In this document: positions 1 to 9,740 of the stretch, piece after piece | Position numbering within the stretch: position 1 is the first letter of the stretch | Layout of the letters: every line of letters begins with the position of its first letter | Source: Actinomycetes bacterium | GTDB taxonomy: Bacteria; Actinomycetota; Acidimicrobiia; Acidimicrobiales; Bog-793 | Direction of reading: 5' to 3' | DNA: 48,210 bases | NCBI GenBank assembly: GCA_021809425.1 | Contig: JAKBAA010000017.1 | Span: forward strand, 1 to 48,210 | Program-made: the position numbers and the translations under genes | The notes under the pieces: generated by a model | The model's database searches: none | What the model was told of the DNA's origin: nothing | The model's input: the letters and a program-made list of their open reading frames with translations, nothing else

Positions 1-468
1 GGCATAGGAGAGCCGGATGAGGGAGAACCTCACGTCCGTTTCGACGGGGGTGCTGGAAACGGGGCAACCCGGCAGGCCATCCACCGGCACGCCGTCGGGG
101 TCGACCGCAGGTGGCGGGGCGTCGCTCGCCAGCCATACGACGTCGAACGGCAGCAGCAGCGGCAGCGCCGGCAGCAGCAGCATCAGCCACGCGCTCGAGG
201 TCACGATCACCTGCACGCCCACCACGAGCCCCTGCACGGGCACGGTGGACCTGTCGGTGGCCCGGCCGGAGGCTCCGGCTTCAGCCACCCGGTCGTGGCG
301 CACGGCCTCTTCGACGTGCCGGCCGGCAAGACCGTCGTGGTGGAGCTCCAGCCGACGCTGTTCGGCCTGCGCGTCATCCCCCGCTCGACGGGCGACCCGA
401 GCTGGAAGGTGACCGGCACGCTGCGCAGCTCGGGGAGCGCCCCGGTGTCGACCCCGGTCTTCCTGTAG
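1..468 (+). other. Uncertain coding signal at the window edge, possibly a frameshifted or partial gene. Frame 17..~300 and frame ~290..468 both show near-100% GC3. The downstream segment reads ...HGLFDVPAGKTVVVELQPTLFGLRVIPRSTGDPSWKVTGTLRSSGSAPVSTPVFL*. The antisense frame encodes a hydrophobic stretch (LVVGVQVIVTSSAWLMLLLPALPLLLPF).
   Basis: Codon third-position GC is near 100% in plus frame 1 for 255-468, with a stop at 466-468. The same is true of the track ORF 17..412 for its first ~280 nt. The strand/frame cannot be resolved here because wobble-matched antisense frames also score high in high-GC DNA. Confidence 0.2.
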
Positions 469-802
469 CAGCCGTTGGGGTGACCCCGGCCGGGCCGTGC
501 CGTTGGGGTCACCCGGGCCGGGCGGCGACCCGGGCGGGCAGCCGGGCAGGGAGGTGGCCAGCTGGGAGGCCTCGTAGGCGTGGAGGTCCGGCGCCTCGGG
601 CCAATGCCGTGCCGCCAGCTCGTCAGCGTTGACGAACGGCAGGTGGGTGACCGGCCCGATCACCCGGGAGCCCGGGTGGATGAGGCCGATGGCGACGGCG
701 CAGCCCTTCTGGCGGGCGATCGCCACGGCCCGGCGGAGGTCGGCCTCGGTGGCGACGCCGGACGGGGCCGCCAAGGTCGAGCCGCAGCGCACCCCCGGCC
801 CG

Positions 803-1798
803 TCAGGTGGCTGCGCTGGCGGCCCGGCCCCTGGCGATCATGCGCGAGAGCACGACGGCGACGACGAGGAACACCCCGTAGAAGAGCGACTGGACGTAGG
901 TCTGGGCGCCGAGCAGGTTCATGCCGTTGACGGCCACGGCCAGGAAGAAGACCGAGATGCCCGCACCGATGGCGTTGAAGCGGCCGGGCTGGACGGTGGT
1001 CAGGCCGAGGAAGGCGGCGGCGTAGACCGACAGCAGGAGGGTCCCTTGGTTCTGCGGGGTGGCCGTGCTGAGGACGCCGTCGCTGATCACGCCGGAGATG
1101 CCGGCGATGACGCCGGCGACGGCGAACCCCCAGAAGCGGGTCGACTTGACGTTGAAGCCGCTCAGCCGGGCCACCTCGCGCGACTGCCCGACGAACAGGG
1201 CGCGCTGGCCGAACGGGGTGAAGGTGAGCACGTAGAACATGATCACGAGGATCACCACGCCGTACCAGAAGTCGAGCGGGATGCCAAGGAAGTGGTGGAG
1301 GACGGTCCACTGGGTCAGCCTCGGCGAGATGCCCGGGATGGTCTGCTGGTCGGGCAGCCAGAAGGCGATGCCGTCGAACACGCTGCCGGTGGCAAGGGTC
1401 ACGATGAACGGGTTGACGTCGAACCGCACCACGATGGCGCCGTTGACCATCCCGCAGATCGCGGCGGCGGCGATGCCGACGAGGATGGCCGGGACGATGG
1501 GCCAGCCGTGGTTGACGTTGAGCCAGCCCACGAGGACGGCCACCATCCCCGACAGCTCGGCGACCGACAGGTCGAGGTCGCCGTTGGTGAGCGGGATGAG
1601 GAGCGCCATCACGAGCACCAGCTCGACCGAGTTGAGGCCGAGGATGTTGGTGAAGTTGGAGAACTGGAAGAACGTGCTCGGCCGCAGGAGGCCGAAGATG
1701 GCCACCACCACCACGAACGCCACCGGCAGCATCGTGGCCTCCGCCACGCGGGCGTTGAAACGCCGGCGGGACCTCGGCGAGGCCACGTTGGTCGTCAT
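803..1798 (-). CDS. Sugar ABC transporter permease (RbsC/XylH-like, branched-sugar type)
   Basis: 331 aa, multi-TM. Conserved motif ALFVGQSREVARLSGFNV is typical of monosaccharide ABC permeases. ATG overlaps the upstream ATPase stop (ATGA), indicating an operon. Confidence 0.9.
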   Translation of the reverse strand: MTTNVASPRSRRRFNARVAEATMLPVAFVVVVAIFGLLRPSTFFQFSNFTNILGLNSVELVLVMALLIPLTNGDLDLSVAELSGMVAVLVGWLNVNHGWPIVPAILVGIAAAAICGMVNGAIVVRFDVNPFIVTLATGSVFDGIAFWLPDQQTIPGISPRLTQWTVLHHFLGIPLDFWYGVVILVIMFYVLTFTPFGQRALFVGQSREVARLSGFNVKSTRFWGFAVAGVIAGISGVISDGVLSTATPQNQGTLLLSVYAAAFLGLTTVQPGRFNAIGAGISVFFLAVAVNGMNLLGAQTYVQSLFYGVFLVVAVVLSRMIARGRAASAAT

Positions 1799-3432
1799 GA
1801 TGCGGTCCTCACCTCGTTGGCGGCGCCGCGCGCCGCGGCCGAATAGACCTCACTGGTGATCCGGTCGCGGCTGAACGGCGGCGCCATCGTTCCGGCGATC
1901 GCGCCGTGCGCGCAGAGCACGATGCGGTGCGACACGGTGGCGAGCTCGTCGAAGTCGGTGGTCACCCACAGGATCGCCACGCCCTCTGCGGCGCGTGCAC
2001 GCATGAGCTCGTAGATCTGGTGCCGGGTGGCGACGTCGACGCCCTGGGTGGGCTCGTGCAGCAGCAGCACCCTCGGCTTCTGCTCGAGCCAGCGGGCCAG
2101 CACCACCTTCTGCTGGTTGCCTCCCGACAGCGCCGCCATGGCCAAGGCGGCGTTGCGTGGTCGCACGTCGTAGGTCTCGGCCCGCCGGTTGGCGGTGCCG
2201 ATCAGGTTGTCGACGCGTAGGAAGCCGTGCCGCACGAAGCTCTTCAGCGACAGCGACAGCATGTTCAGCCCGGTCGACAGCTCTGCCGCCGCCCCCTGCG
2301 CCTTGCGATCGGCCGGAACCAGCGCCATGCCCAGCCGGATCGACCTGGCCGGGTCGAGCTCGGCGACGTCGCCGGTCCAGTCCGGCAGCGTGAGCCGGCC
2401 GGTGCCGCCACTGGCGCCGAACAGCACGTACGGCAGGTCCTCGCTGCCGGCCCCGAGCAGGCCGGCGACCCCGAGGATCTCGCCGGCGTGGAGGTCGAGG
2501 TCGACGCCGCGGACACGACCGCCGCTGACGTCCCTGGCGGAGAGCACCACCTCGCCGCCGGGCTCGGTGGGGGCGTCCGAGCCGTGGGTGGTGGCTGCCT
2601 CGATCGCCGCACGGTCGAGGCGGTGGCCGGAGACCAGCTCGATCAGGTCGGCGTCGCTGGCGGTCGCCATCGAGACGTCACCGACCTTGACCCCGTCGCG
2701 CAGCACCGCCGCCCGGTGGGCGATCTCGCGCACGGCCGTCATGTCGTGGGAGACGAACAGGACGGCGATCCCGTCGGCGACGACACGGCGGATCAGGTCG
2801 TACAGGAACACCTTCTCGTGCTCGGGAAGGAACACGGTGGGCTCGTCGAGCACCAGCACGCCACCGCCCTGCTCGTGTGCTCCACGGTGCCGGCGAAGCT
2901 CCTCCGCCGCCCGCACGATGGCGAGCAGCGCCTGCGACGTCGGCCGCAGGCGACCCACCTGCACGCTCGGGTCGAGGCTGACGCCGTAGCTCTCGAAGAT
3001 CTCCCGAGCACGCTCGCGCTCGGCTCCCCAGCGAATGCGGGCGAACGACCCGACCCCGCTCGTGACGCGACGGCCGATGAACAGGTTCTCCACCACCTGC
3101 AGGTCGGGGGCGAGGCCCAGGTCCTGGTAGACGAAGCTGAGGCCGACCGTGCGCGCCTGGCCGAGCGGCACCGGCAGGGGCACCGGCACGCCGTTCATCT
3201 TGAGCGATCCACCCGGCCCCGGGTCGTGGTAGCCCGACAGGATCTTGACGAGCGTCGACTTGCCCGATCCGTTCTCGCCGAGCAGGGCCACCACCTCACC
3301 GGGGTAGATCGTGAGGTCGACCCGCTTCAGGGCCTGGAAGGACCCGAAGCGCTTGGCGAGCCCGCTCGCCTCGAGGGCGGGGACCTCAGGCCCTGCGAGC
3401 CGGGTGGGCGCCGCCTGATCTGTACCGTGCAT
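1795..3432 (-). CDS. Sugar ABC transporter ATP-binding protein with two fused nucleotide-binding domains (RbsA/MglA/XylG-like)
   Basis: 545 aa. Walker A GENGSGKST in the first domain; LSGGNQQKV signature and LLLHEPTQGVD Walker B in the second. Double-ABC architecture. Confidence 0.9.
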   Translation of the reverse strand: MHGTDQAAPTRLAGPEVPALEASGLAKRFGSFQALKRVDLTIYPGEVVALLGENGSGKSTLVKILSGYHDPGPGGSLKMNGVPVPLPVPLGQARTVGLSFVYQDLGLAPDLQVVENLFIGRRVTSGVGSFARIRWGAERERAREIFESYGVSLDPSVQVGRLRPTSQALLAIVRAAEELRRHRGAHEQGGGVLVLDEPTVFLPEHEKVFLYDLIRRVVADGIAVLFVSHDMTAVREIAHRAAVLRDGVKVGDVSMATASDADLIELVSGHRLDRAAIEAATTHGSDAPTEPGGEVVLSARDVSGGRVRGVDLDLHAGEILGVAGLLGAGSEDLPYVLFGASGGTGRLTLPDWTGDVAELDPARSIRLGMALVPADRKAQGAAAELSTGLNMLSLSLKSFVRHGFLRVDNLIGTANRRAETYDVRPRNAALAMAALSGGNQQKVVLARWLEQKPRVLLLHEPTQGVDVATRHQIYELMRARAAEGVAILWVTTDFDELATVSHRIVLCAHGAIAGTMAPPFSRDRITSEVYSAAARGAANEVRTAS

Positions 3433-3471
3433 GCGTGCTGTACCGACGAGACGGCGCCCTGGCTCAGACGG

Positions 3472-4698
3472 CTACTTCTTGACTTCCCACAGCGTGAGGA
3501 AGTCCTTGACGAAGGCGCCGTTGCTGTAGGCGGCGTCGCTGTAGGCGGTCCCCTTGCCGCCCACCGAGAACAACGCCGCGTTGGCCTTGGTGAAGAAGAT
3601 GTTCGGCGCGATCTCCTTGGCGACCGGCGCGGCTGGCTTGTGGGCCAGCAGGCGGATCACCTGGTCCAGCTGGTTGAAGGCGTCCCACCGCTCGTCCGGA
3701 CCGGCGTCGCCGACGAAGGTGCCACCGTTCTGGACGGCCTTGATCTCGGCCAGCCCGCCGCCCCAGGCGTACATCTTGAGCCCCGGGTGGGTGGCGGCAG
3801 CCGACGTGACCGTGCTCTCGATGCCGTCGGTCATGCCGTCGAAGGTGACGATCACCGTGTTGATCTTCGGGTTGGCCTGGAGGTCGCTGCTGACCGTCGA
3901 GGTCTCCGTCGGGCCGCTCCACGCCTGCGTGCCGAAGTTCTCCTGCTTCACGATCGTGCACGTGGTCGGGCACCACTGCTTGATGCCGGCCTGCAACGCC
4001 CGGGTCGCACCCGCGTACTGCGCCACCTGGGGGCTGTCCAGGAACAGGACGTGGGCAGGCGCCCCCTTCAGGTTCACCAGCGCGTCGGCGAGGTCGGCCT
4101 TGATGCCGCCCTGGGTGTTGACGCCGGACTCGGCGGAGATGTTGGTGAACGGGAAGGCGGGCGATCCGCCGGTCTGGTTGTAGTTGCCGTCGACCACGGC
4201 GATCTTGTCCGCCTTCAGCGTCGCCAGCTGGCTGGCGAGGGCGGCGCCGGTCGGGCCGCACAGCATGACCACGGCGTTCGCCTTGTCGGTGATCGCCGTG
4301 CCGATGTTGCTGATCCAGCTCGGCGGCCCGGCCGTCGTGGTGAGCGGGATCACCTTGGCGCCGAGCGCCGTCGCCTCGGCGTCGAGGTAGCCCTGCTGGC
4401 CCTTCAAGTTGCAGGCGTCGATCTCGGAGCTGATCGGGAAGGTGACGATCGTCTTGCCCTTGAGCGCCGCCCTGGCGTTCACCGGCGGGCCAGGGGCGAC
4501 CCAGCGCGGCGCCACCTGCTGGGCGGCGACGTACGCCTTGAGCTTGGCCAGCTCGGACTTGCTGATGGCGTTGGCCTGGTGGCTCGACGCGGCCGCCGCC
4601 GACGTGGCCACCCCTGCCGTCGCCGTGGCCGCCACGAGCGAGATGGCGGCCAACCGCTTGCCGCCGAGCGATCGCCAGGACCTCGAACCTCTCAGCAT
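3472..4698 (-). CDS. Sugar ABC transporter periplasmic substrate-binding protein
   Basis: Track ORF 3472..4749. Chosen start is the ATG at 4698 (MLRGSRSW...), preceded by GGGAGGGG. Signal-peptide-like N-terminus (AAISLVAATATAGVATSAAAASS). Periplasmic binding-protein fold, first gene of the operon. Confidence 0.85.
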   Translation of the reverse strand: MLRGSRSWRSLGGKRLAAISLVAATATAGVATSAAAASSHQANAISKSELAKLKAYVAAQQVAPRWVAPGPPVNARAALKGKTIVTFPISSEIDACNLKGQQGYLDAEATALGAKVIPLTTTAGPPSWISNIGTAITDKANAVVMLCGPTGAALASQLATLKADKIAVVDGNYNQTGGSPAFPFTNISAESGVNTQGGIKADLADALVNLKGAPAHVLFLDSPQVAQYAGATRALQAGIKQWCPTTCTIVKQENFGTQAWSGPTETSTVSSDLQANPKINTVIVTFDGMTDGIESTVTSAAATHPGLKMYAWGGGLAEIKAVQNGGTFVGDAGPDERWDAFNQLDQVIRLLAHKPAAPVAKEIAPNIFFTKANAALFSVGGKGTAYSDAAYSNGAFVKDFLTLWEVKK

Positions 4699-5021
4699 GT
4701 CGTTCCCCTCCCGCTGCTGCTTGACCTTTACGCCACCGTACACGTGCACGAGGCTGCTGCAGGTTGCAGATGGCAGGCGCCCGCTCGCCCGACCCTCTGC
4801 CGGGTGGCCTCCACGGGAGGCACGGCCGACGCTAGCTGGGCTTTCAGCACACTGTTAGGCGCCGCGCCCGGTCCAAGCGGGCCCGAGCCCTCTGGCCGGG
4901 TGCGATCGCTTGCACCGCGGGGCTGGTGACGGCCTCGACGGTGAGCGTCGGCCTCGCCGCGGCCGCTCCCCACCATCTGCGCCACGCCGCCTCTGGCCGC
5001 GTGGCGGCGAGCGAGCACGCG

Positions 5022-5680
5022 ATGACCCAGGACTGCGCCAAGGTCTGCACCCTCGACGAGACGGTGAACGTCCCGATCCAGGACTGGGCCACCCAGAAGC
5101 AGTCGGACGTCTCCTCGGCCCTCCAGGCCCACCCGGACATCAATGCCGTGCTCGTGGCGTTCGACGGCATGACGACCTTTGTCGACCCCGCGGTCGAGGC
5201 GGCGCACAAGTCGAGCCTCAACGTCTACACCTGGGGTGGCTCGGCCTCGGTGGAGAAGCTGATGCTCCAGAAGAGCAGCCTCATCGCCGCCGACGGCACC
5301 GCCGTGCTCTTCGTCTCCCACGACTTCTCGGCCATCCGCCCCGTCGCCCGGCGCGCCGTGGTCCTGCGGGACGGCCACGTCGTGGCCGACGTCGAGACGG
5401 CGAGGACGAGCGACGAGGCCAGCGGGCGCTCTTCGTCGGTCGCAACCGGGAGGTCGCCCGGCTCTCCGGGCTCGAGGTGAGCCGGACCCGCCTCGTCGGC
5501 TTCGTCGCCGCAGGGCTCATCACGGCGATCTCCGGGATCCTCTACGCCGGCACGACCGGCTCGGCGAGCCCTTCGACCGGCGACACGCTGCTGCTGCCCG
5601 CCTACGCAGCCGCCTTCCTCGGCCACACCACGATCCAGCCGGGCCGCTTCAACGCCTTCGGGTCGGGGATCGCCATCTAC
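5022..5680 (+). pseudogene. Decayed relic of a paralogous sugar ABC operon, made of three concatenated internal gene chunks: binding-protein-like 5022-5291, ATPase-like 5292-5419, permease-like 5420-5680
   Basis: Peptide DCAKVCTLDETVNVPIQDWATQKQSDVSSALQAHPDINAVLVAFDGMT... aligns to residues ~255-345 of the intact binding protein (WCPTTCTIVKQENFG...DLQANPKINTVIVTFDGMT). TAVLFVSHDFSAIRPVARRAVVLRDGHVVADV aligns to the intact ATPase (GIAVLFVSHDMTAVREIAHRAAVLRDGVKVGDV). ALFVGRNREVARLSGLEV...GRFNAFGSGIAIY aligns to the intact permease (ALFVGQSREVARLSGFNV...GRFNAIGAGISVF). Identity is roughly 40-60%, a frame change occurs at ~5420, and the chunks are embedded in junk ORFs 4926..5480 and 4910..6352. 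Confidence 0.55.
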
Positions 5681-5716
5681 CCGGCAGGTTCGCGTGCTCC
5701 TCTACGCTCGCGGCCC

Positions 5717-6352
5717 GTGAACGCGACCGACCCGCAACGGCCTCGAACGCGCTTCGAGCGCATCGCCCACCGCACCCACGGCGTCGTGACGCCGGCCAAC
5801 GCGCTCGACGTCCTGGCGATGGTCGGCGTGGCCTGGTCGGCGCCTCGGCTCGATCGATGGTCGGGGATCGCGGTCGCCGCTCCCTCGTACCTGGCCGACG
5901 TGGCCGACGGCATGATCGCCCGCCGGACCAACACCGTGACCCGCATCGGCGAGCTGGTCGACCACGTCGGCGACAAGCCGAAGGTGTTCCTCGGGGTGCG
6001 GTCCATCTGGCGGCTGGGGATCGCCGACAAGCCGCTGCTTGCCGCCGTCGGCTGCTACAACCTCGCCAATGCGGTCCTGACCAGCTGCGACTTCGTCGTC
6101 AACGAGGTCCCGCAGATCGCCGTGACGACAAGCGGCAAGCGCGCCATGTTCGCCACCACGACCGGGGTGGGCGTCCAGGTGATCGGGCACAAGCTGGCGG
6201 AGTCGGCCCCACGGCTCGGCCGCCTCGTCACCTGGACGGGCGCGGTGCTCGGCTACGGCGGGGTGCTCGTGTACGGGGTGCCCACGACGGTCGACTACTG
6301 GAACATGGCCCGGCGGGGGGCGCGGCGGCCCGTGTTCCGACGGAGCCACTGA
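5717..6352 (+). CDS. CDP-alcohol phosphatidyltransferase family protein (PgsA / PI-synthase-like)
   Basis: C-terminal 211 aa of track ORF 4910..6352, starting at an in-frame GTG (VNATD...). It carries the family signature DG-x2-AR-x8-G-x3-G-x3-D-x3-D (ADGMIARRTNTVTRIGELVDHVGDK) about 60 residues from the start. Multi-TM. Confidence 0.6.
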   Translation: MNATDPQRPRTRFERIAHRTHGVVTPANALDVLAMVGVAWSAPRLDRWSGIAVAAPSYLADVADGMIARRTNTVTRIGELVDHVGDKPKVFLGVRSIWRLGIADKPLLAAVGCYNLANAVLTSCDFVVNEVPQIAVTTSGKRAMFATTTGVGVQVIGHKLAESAPRLGRLVTWTGAVLGYGGVLVYGVPTTVDYWNMARRGARRPVFRRSH

Positions 6353-6589
6353 GTCGCCTCGCCGGCGCCCGCCGAGCGGTCCGGACCCGCCGGCGCCGTG
6401 CGGAGGCCCGGCGTCCCGGCGGGTCTCGCAGCGGCGGATGGCGGACCATCCGTCCGGACGGCCCGACGGGTCGCCTACACTGACGCCAGCTGGACGGTGG
6501 TGTCGACGTCCGCATGCCCTCGTGCATCTCGTGCCTTCGCGCCCGAGCCGACGCCGACACATCCCGACAGCAAAGGAACGAACCCGCAC

Positions 6590-8149
6590 GTGAACAGCAC
6601 CTCGAGCCATCGACCCGCGCGTCCATCCGGCCGGATGCGCCCACCCCACGGCGCGCCGGCAACGGGCGATCCGCTCGCCGGGGTGGCGCCGTCGGCGGGT
6701 GCGCCTACCGAGACCGCCGGGCCGGCGTCGTTCGCCGCGCTCGGGGTGCCGCCGTTCCTCAGCTCGGTGCTGGCGGCGCACGGCATCGAGGCGCCGCTGC
6801 CCATCCAGGAACGGACGCTCGCCGACACCCTCGCCGGCCGTGACGTCCTCGGGCGTGGTCGGACCGGCAGCGGCAAGACGCTGGCGTTCGCCATCCCGCT
6901 CGTCGCCCGCCTCGTCGGCGGGACGCGCCGGCCCCGCCAGCCCCGTGGGCTGGTGCTGGTGCCGACGAGGGAGCTGGCCAACCAGGTGCTCGCCGTGATC
7001 GAGCCGCTGGCCCGTGCGGCCAAGCTCACCTCGACGGTGGTCTTCGGGGGGGTCGGCCAGTCCCCCCAGGTTGCCGCCCTTGCCCGCGGGGTCGACGTGC
7101 TCGTGGCCTGCCCGGGCCGCCTCGAGGACCTGATCGGTCAGCGACACTGTGACCTGTCGGGCGTCGAGATCACCGTGCTCGACGAGGCCGATCACATGGC
7201 CGACCTCGGGTTCCTCCCGGGGGTGAAGCGGCTGCTCGACCGGACCCCCGACGGCGGCCAGCGGATGCTCTTCTCTGCCACGCTGGACAACGGCGTCGAC
7301 GTGCTCGTGCGGCGCTACCTGCACGATCCGCTCACCCACGCCGTCGACCCCGCCGTGGCCCCGGTCTCGACGATGACGCACCACGTGTTCTCCGTCTCCG
7401 CCGGCGACAAGCCGGCGGTGGTGCGCGAGCTGGCTGCCGGCCGAGAGCGCAGCGTGCTCTTCATGCGCACCAAGCACACCGCCAAGCGCCTGGCCAAGCA
7501 GCTGACGGCCTCGGGCATCCCGGCGGTCGAGCTCCACGGCAATCTCAGCCAGGGGGCCCGCGAGCGCAACCTCGCGGCCTTCTCCGACGGCTCGGCGCGG
7601 GTGCTCGTCGCGACGGACATCGCTGCTCGAGGGATCCACGTCGACGACATCGCCCTCGTCGTCCACGTCGACCCGCCGACGGAGCACAAGGCCTACCTCC
7701 ACCGCTCCGGCCGCACCGCCCGTGCCGGCGCAGGGGGGACCGTGGTGACGCTCGCCCTGCCGGAGCAGGCCGGCGAGGTCCGGACGCTCACCAAGCAGGC
7801 CGGCATCCGCCCGACCACCGTCGCCGTCCGTCCCGGCGCCCCCGAGATCGAGGCGGTCGCCGGTCCGGCTGCACCGTACGTGGCTCCGCCCCCGCCGGTG
7901 GAGGTGGCCCAGTCGCCCCCCCGCCGCCCGGCGGCCCGCCCCGCGCGCCGGGGGGGTGCGCCGGCACAGGGGCGTGCGGCCGGCGTCGCAGGGAGCGGCG
8001 GCGCTTCCCGCGAGGCTCGCCGGCAGGACCAGCCGCGCTCGGCGCCTGCCGGCACCGGCTCGCCCCGACGCAGCTCCGGCCCGTTGCGGACCGGGAGCGG
8101 CGCGCCGGGCCGTTCCGGCCAGCAGCCGGGTCGCCGGCGGTCGCGCTGA
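6590..8149 (+). CDS. DEAD-box ATP-dependent RNA helicase with an Arg/Gly-rich C-terminal tail
   Basis: Motifs Q (PIQERT), I (GRGRTGSGKT), PTRELA, DEAD (VLDEADHMAD), SAT (FSATL), VI (HRSGRTARAG). GTG start at 6590 with AAAGGAA 9 nt upstream. A long 5' leader precedes it. Confidence 0.85.
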   Translation: MNSTSSHRPARPSGRMRPPHGAPATGDPLAGVAPSAGAPTETAGPASFAALGVPPFLSSVLAAHGIEAPLPIQERTLADTLAGRDVLGRGRTGSGKTLAFAIPLVARLVGGTRRPRQPRGLVLVPTRELANQVLAVIEPLARAAKLTSTVVFGGVGQSPQVAALARGVDVLVACPGRLEDLIGQRHCDLSGVEITVLDEADHMADLGFLPGVKRLLDRTPDGGQRMLFSATLDNGVDVLVRRYLHDPLTHAVDPAVAPVSTMTHHVFSVSAGDKPAVVRELAAGRERSVLFMRTKHTAKRLAKQLTASGIPAVELHGNLSQGARERNLAAFSDGSARVLVATDIAARGIHVDDIALVVHVDPPTEHKAYLHRSGRTARAGAGGTVVTLALPEQAGEVRTLTKQAGIRPTTVAVRPGAPEIEAVAGPAAPYVAPPPPVEVAQSPPRRPAARPARRGGAPAQGRAAGVAGSGGASREARRQDQPRSAPAGTGSPRRSSGPLRTGSGAPGRSGQQPGRRRSR

Positions 8150-8211
8150 GGGGTCCGGCGGGCGGGCCGATCGGCCCATCCTCGCACCGGCCGGCAAACG
8201 CGGCTGGACTG

Positions 8212-8961
8212 GTGCGCATGTTCCTCCCACAGGTCGAGCCACCGCCGTGCGCCGACGGCGAGTGCCTCGTGTTCTCGGTCGCCGAACGGGCAGTCGACAT
8301 CGCCCGCGGACCGCGCCCCGAGGCCGGCGAGTTCCTCGGCATCCTCGACGGCACACCGTGCTGGGCGGTCGAGCGCACCGAGGCCGGCCACGTCGACCTC
8401 CGCCGACTGTGGTCGGTGGTGGACGAGCAGACCTGGTCGGTGGCGAGCCGGGCGGTGCAGCTCGTCCACTGGGCGCGCACCCATCGCTTCTGCGGGAGCT
8501 GCGCCACGCCGACCGAGCCGTCCCAGCGCGAGCGCGCCCGGCGTTGCCCGGCGTGCGGCCTGCTCGCCTTCCCGCGGATCTCTCCGGCGGTGATCGTGCT
8601 CGTCGAGCGCGACGACGGCCGGGCATTGCTGGCGCGCAACGTCAACTTCCCCGGTTCGATGTTCTCCTGCATCGCCGGCTTCGTCGACCCGGGGGAGACC
8701 CTCGAGGAGGCCGTCGTGCGTGAGGTGCGCGAGGAGGTGGGCGTCGAGGTCGGCCACCTCTCCTACGTGGCCAGCCAGCCCTGGCCGTTCCCGCACTCGC
8801 TCATGGTCGGCTTCCGTGCCCGCTATCGCGGCGGCGACATCGTCTGCCAGGAGTCCGAGATCGCCGAGGCCGCCTGGTTCGCTCCGGGGGACCTTCCGGG
8901 CATCCCCCCGGCCATGAGCATCGCCCGCCGCCTCATCGACGACTGGGCGCAAGGGTGCTGA
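8212..8961 (+). CDS. nudC: NAD-capped RNA hydrolase / NADH pyrophosphatase NudC (NUDIX with zinc ribbon)
   Basis: Zinc-ribbon CGSC...CPAC followed by a Nudix box (GFVDPGETLEEAVVREVREEVGV). Collinear with E. coli NudC (QPWPFPQSLM vs QPWPFPHSLM). Confidence 0.8.
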   Translation: MRMFLPQVEPPPCADGECLVFSVAERAVDIARGPRPEAGEFLGILDGTPCWAVERTEAGHVDLRRLWSVVDEQTWSVASRAVQLVHWARTHRFCGSCATPTEPSQRERARRCPACGLLAFPRISPAVIVLVERDDGRALLARNVNFPGSMFSCIAGFVDPGETLEEAVVREVREEVGVEVGHLSYVASQPWPFPHSLMVGFRARYRGGDIVCQESEIAEAAWFAPGDLPGIPPAMSIARRLIDDWAQGC

Positions 8962-9740
8962 GCCGGCGGCCGGCAGGCGACGCGGTGTCGGTGGGCACGC
9001 TCCTGCTCCTGCCCCCCTCCGAGGGCAAGCGCTCCGGTGGCGCCGGCTCCTTCGAGCCGGGTAGCGGGCAGTTCCCCGCGCTTGCCGCAGCCCGACGGCA
9101 GGTGGCGACCGCCCTCGCGACCGCCATGGCGGACCCGGCCGCCGTCGCTGCGGTCACCGGGCTGCAGGGGGAGCGGGCGACGGTCGCTGCCACGGCCAAC
9201 CGTGCCGTCCTCGGGTCGCCCACCTTGCCGGCAGCCGAGCGCTACACGGGCGTCGTCTGGTCCCACCTCGACCCGGCGTCCCTCGGGCGCACGGCCCGCC
9301 GCCGCGCCGACGGGGTGCTCGTCGTGTCGGCGCTCGGCGGCCTCTTCGCGCTCGGCGACCCGGTGCCGGACTACAAGCTCAAGATGGCCGCCCGGCTCCC
9401 CGGGCTCGGCCCGCTCGGGGCGTTCTGGCGGGAGCAGCTCCGCATCGTGCTGCATGCCGCCACCGCAGGGCGCGCCGTGTGGGACCTGCTGCCGGCCGAC
9501 CACCGCAAGGCGGTCGACCTCGACGGGTGCACCTCGTCCGAGCGCGTGCGGGTGGAATTTCGTGCCGCCGGCGGCGCCAAGGCAGCCGGGCACGCCGCCA
9601 AGGCGGCGAAGGGCCGGTTCGTCCGCCACCTGCTCGAGGCGGCCCGGCCCGGCCTCGACGCCGCGGCGGCGTTCCGGTGGGAGGGATGGCGCGGCGAGGT
9701 GCAGGGGCCCGACCTCGTCGTCGTCCACGCGCCTGCCTGA
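8955..9740 (+). CDS. yaaA: YaaA/UPF0246 (DUF328) peroxide-stress family protein
   Basis: N-terminal hallmark LLLPPSEGK and the overall DUF328 layout. Overlaps the nudC stop. Confidence 0.75.
   Translation: MLSRRPAGDAVSVGTLLLLPPSEGKRSGGAGSFEPGSGQFPALAAARRQVATALATAMADPAAVAAVTGLQGERATVAATANRAVLGSPTLPAAERYTGVVWSHLDPASLGRTARRRADGVLVVSALGGLFALGDPVPDYKLKMAARLPGLGPLGAFWREQLRIVLHAATAGRAVWDLLPADHRKAVDLDGCTSSERVRVEFRAAGGAKAAGHAAKAAKGRFVRHLLEAARPGLDAAAAFRWEGWRGEVQGPDLVVVHAPA

Noticed and set aside
629-1846. 405-aa plus ORF rich in His/Asp/Glu/Gly
   Set aside because: Antisense to the ABC permease gene (803..1798 minus), which has unmistakable permease motifs.
6440-6470. Short palindrome CCGTCCGGACGG downstream of the phosphatidyltransferase gene
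   Set aside because: Only a 6-bp half-site, common by chance in GC-rich DNA. Mentioned only as a weak terminator candidate.
5702-8626. 974-aa minus-strand ORF, Arg/Gly/Pro-rich
   Set aside because: Antisense to the DEAD-box helicase and NudC genes. Low-complexity R/G/P composition typical of wobble-matched antisense frames in high-GC DNA, with no recognisable domain.
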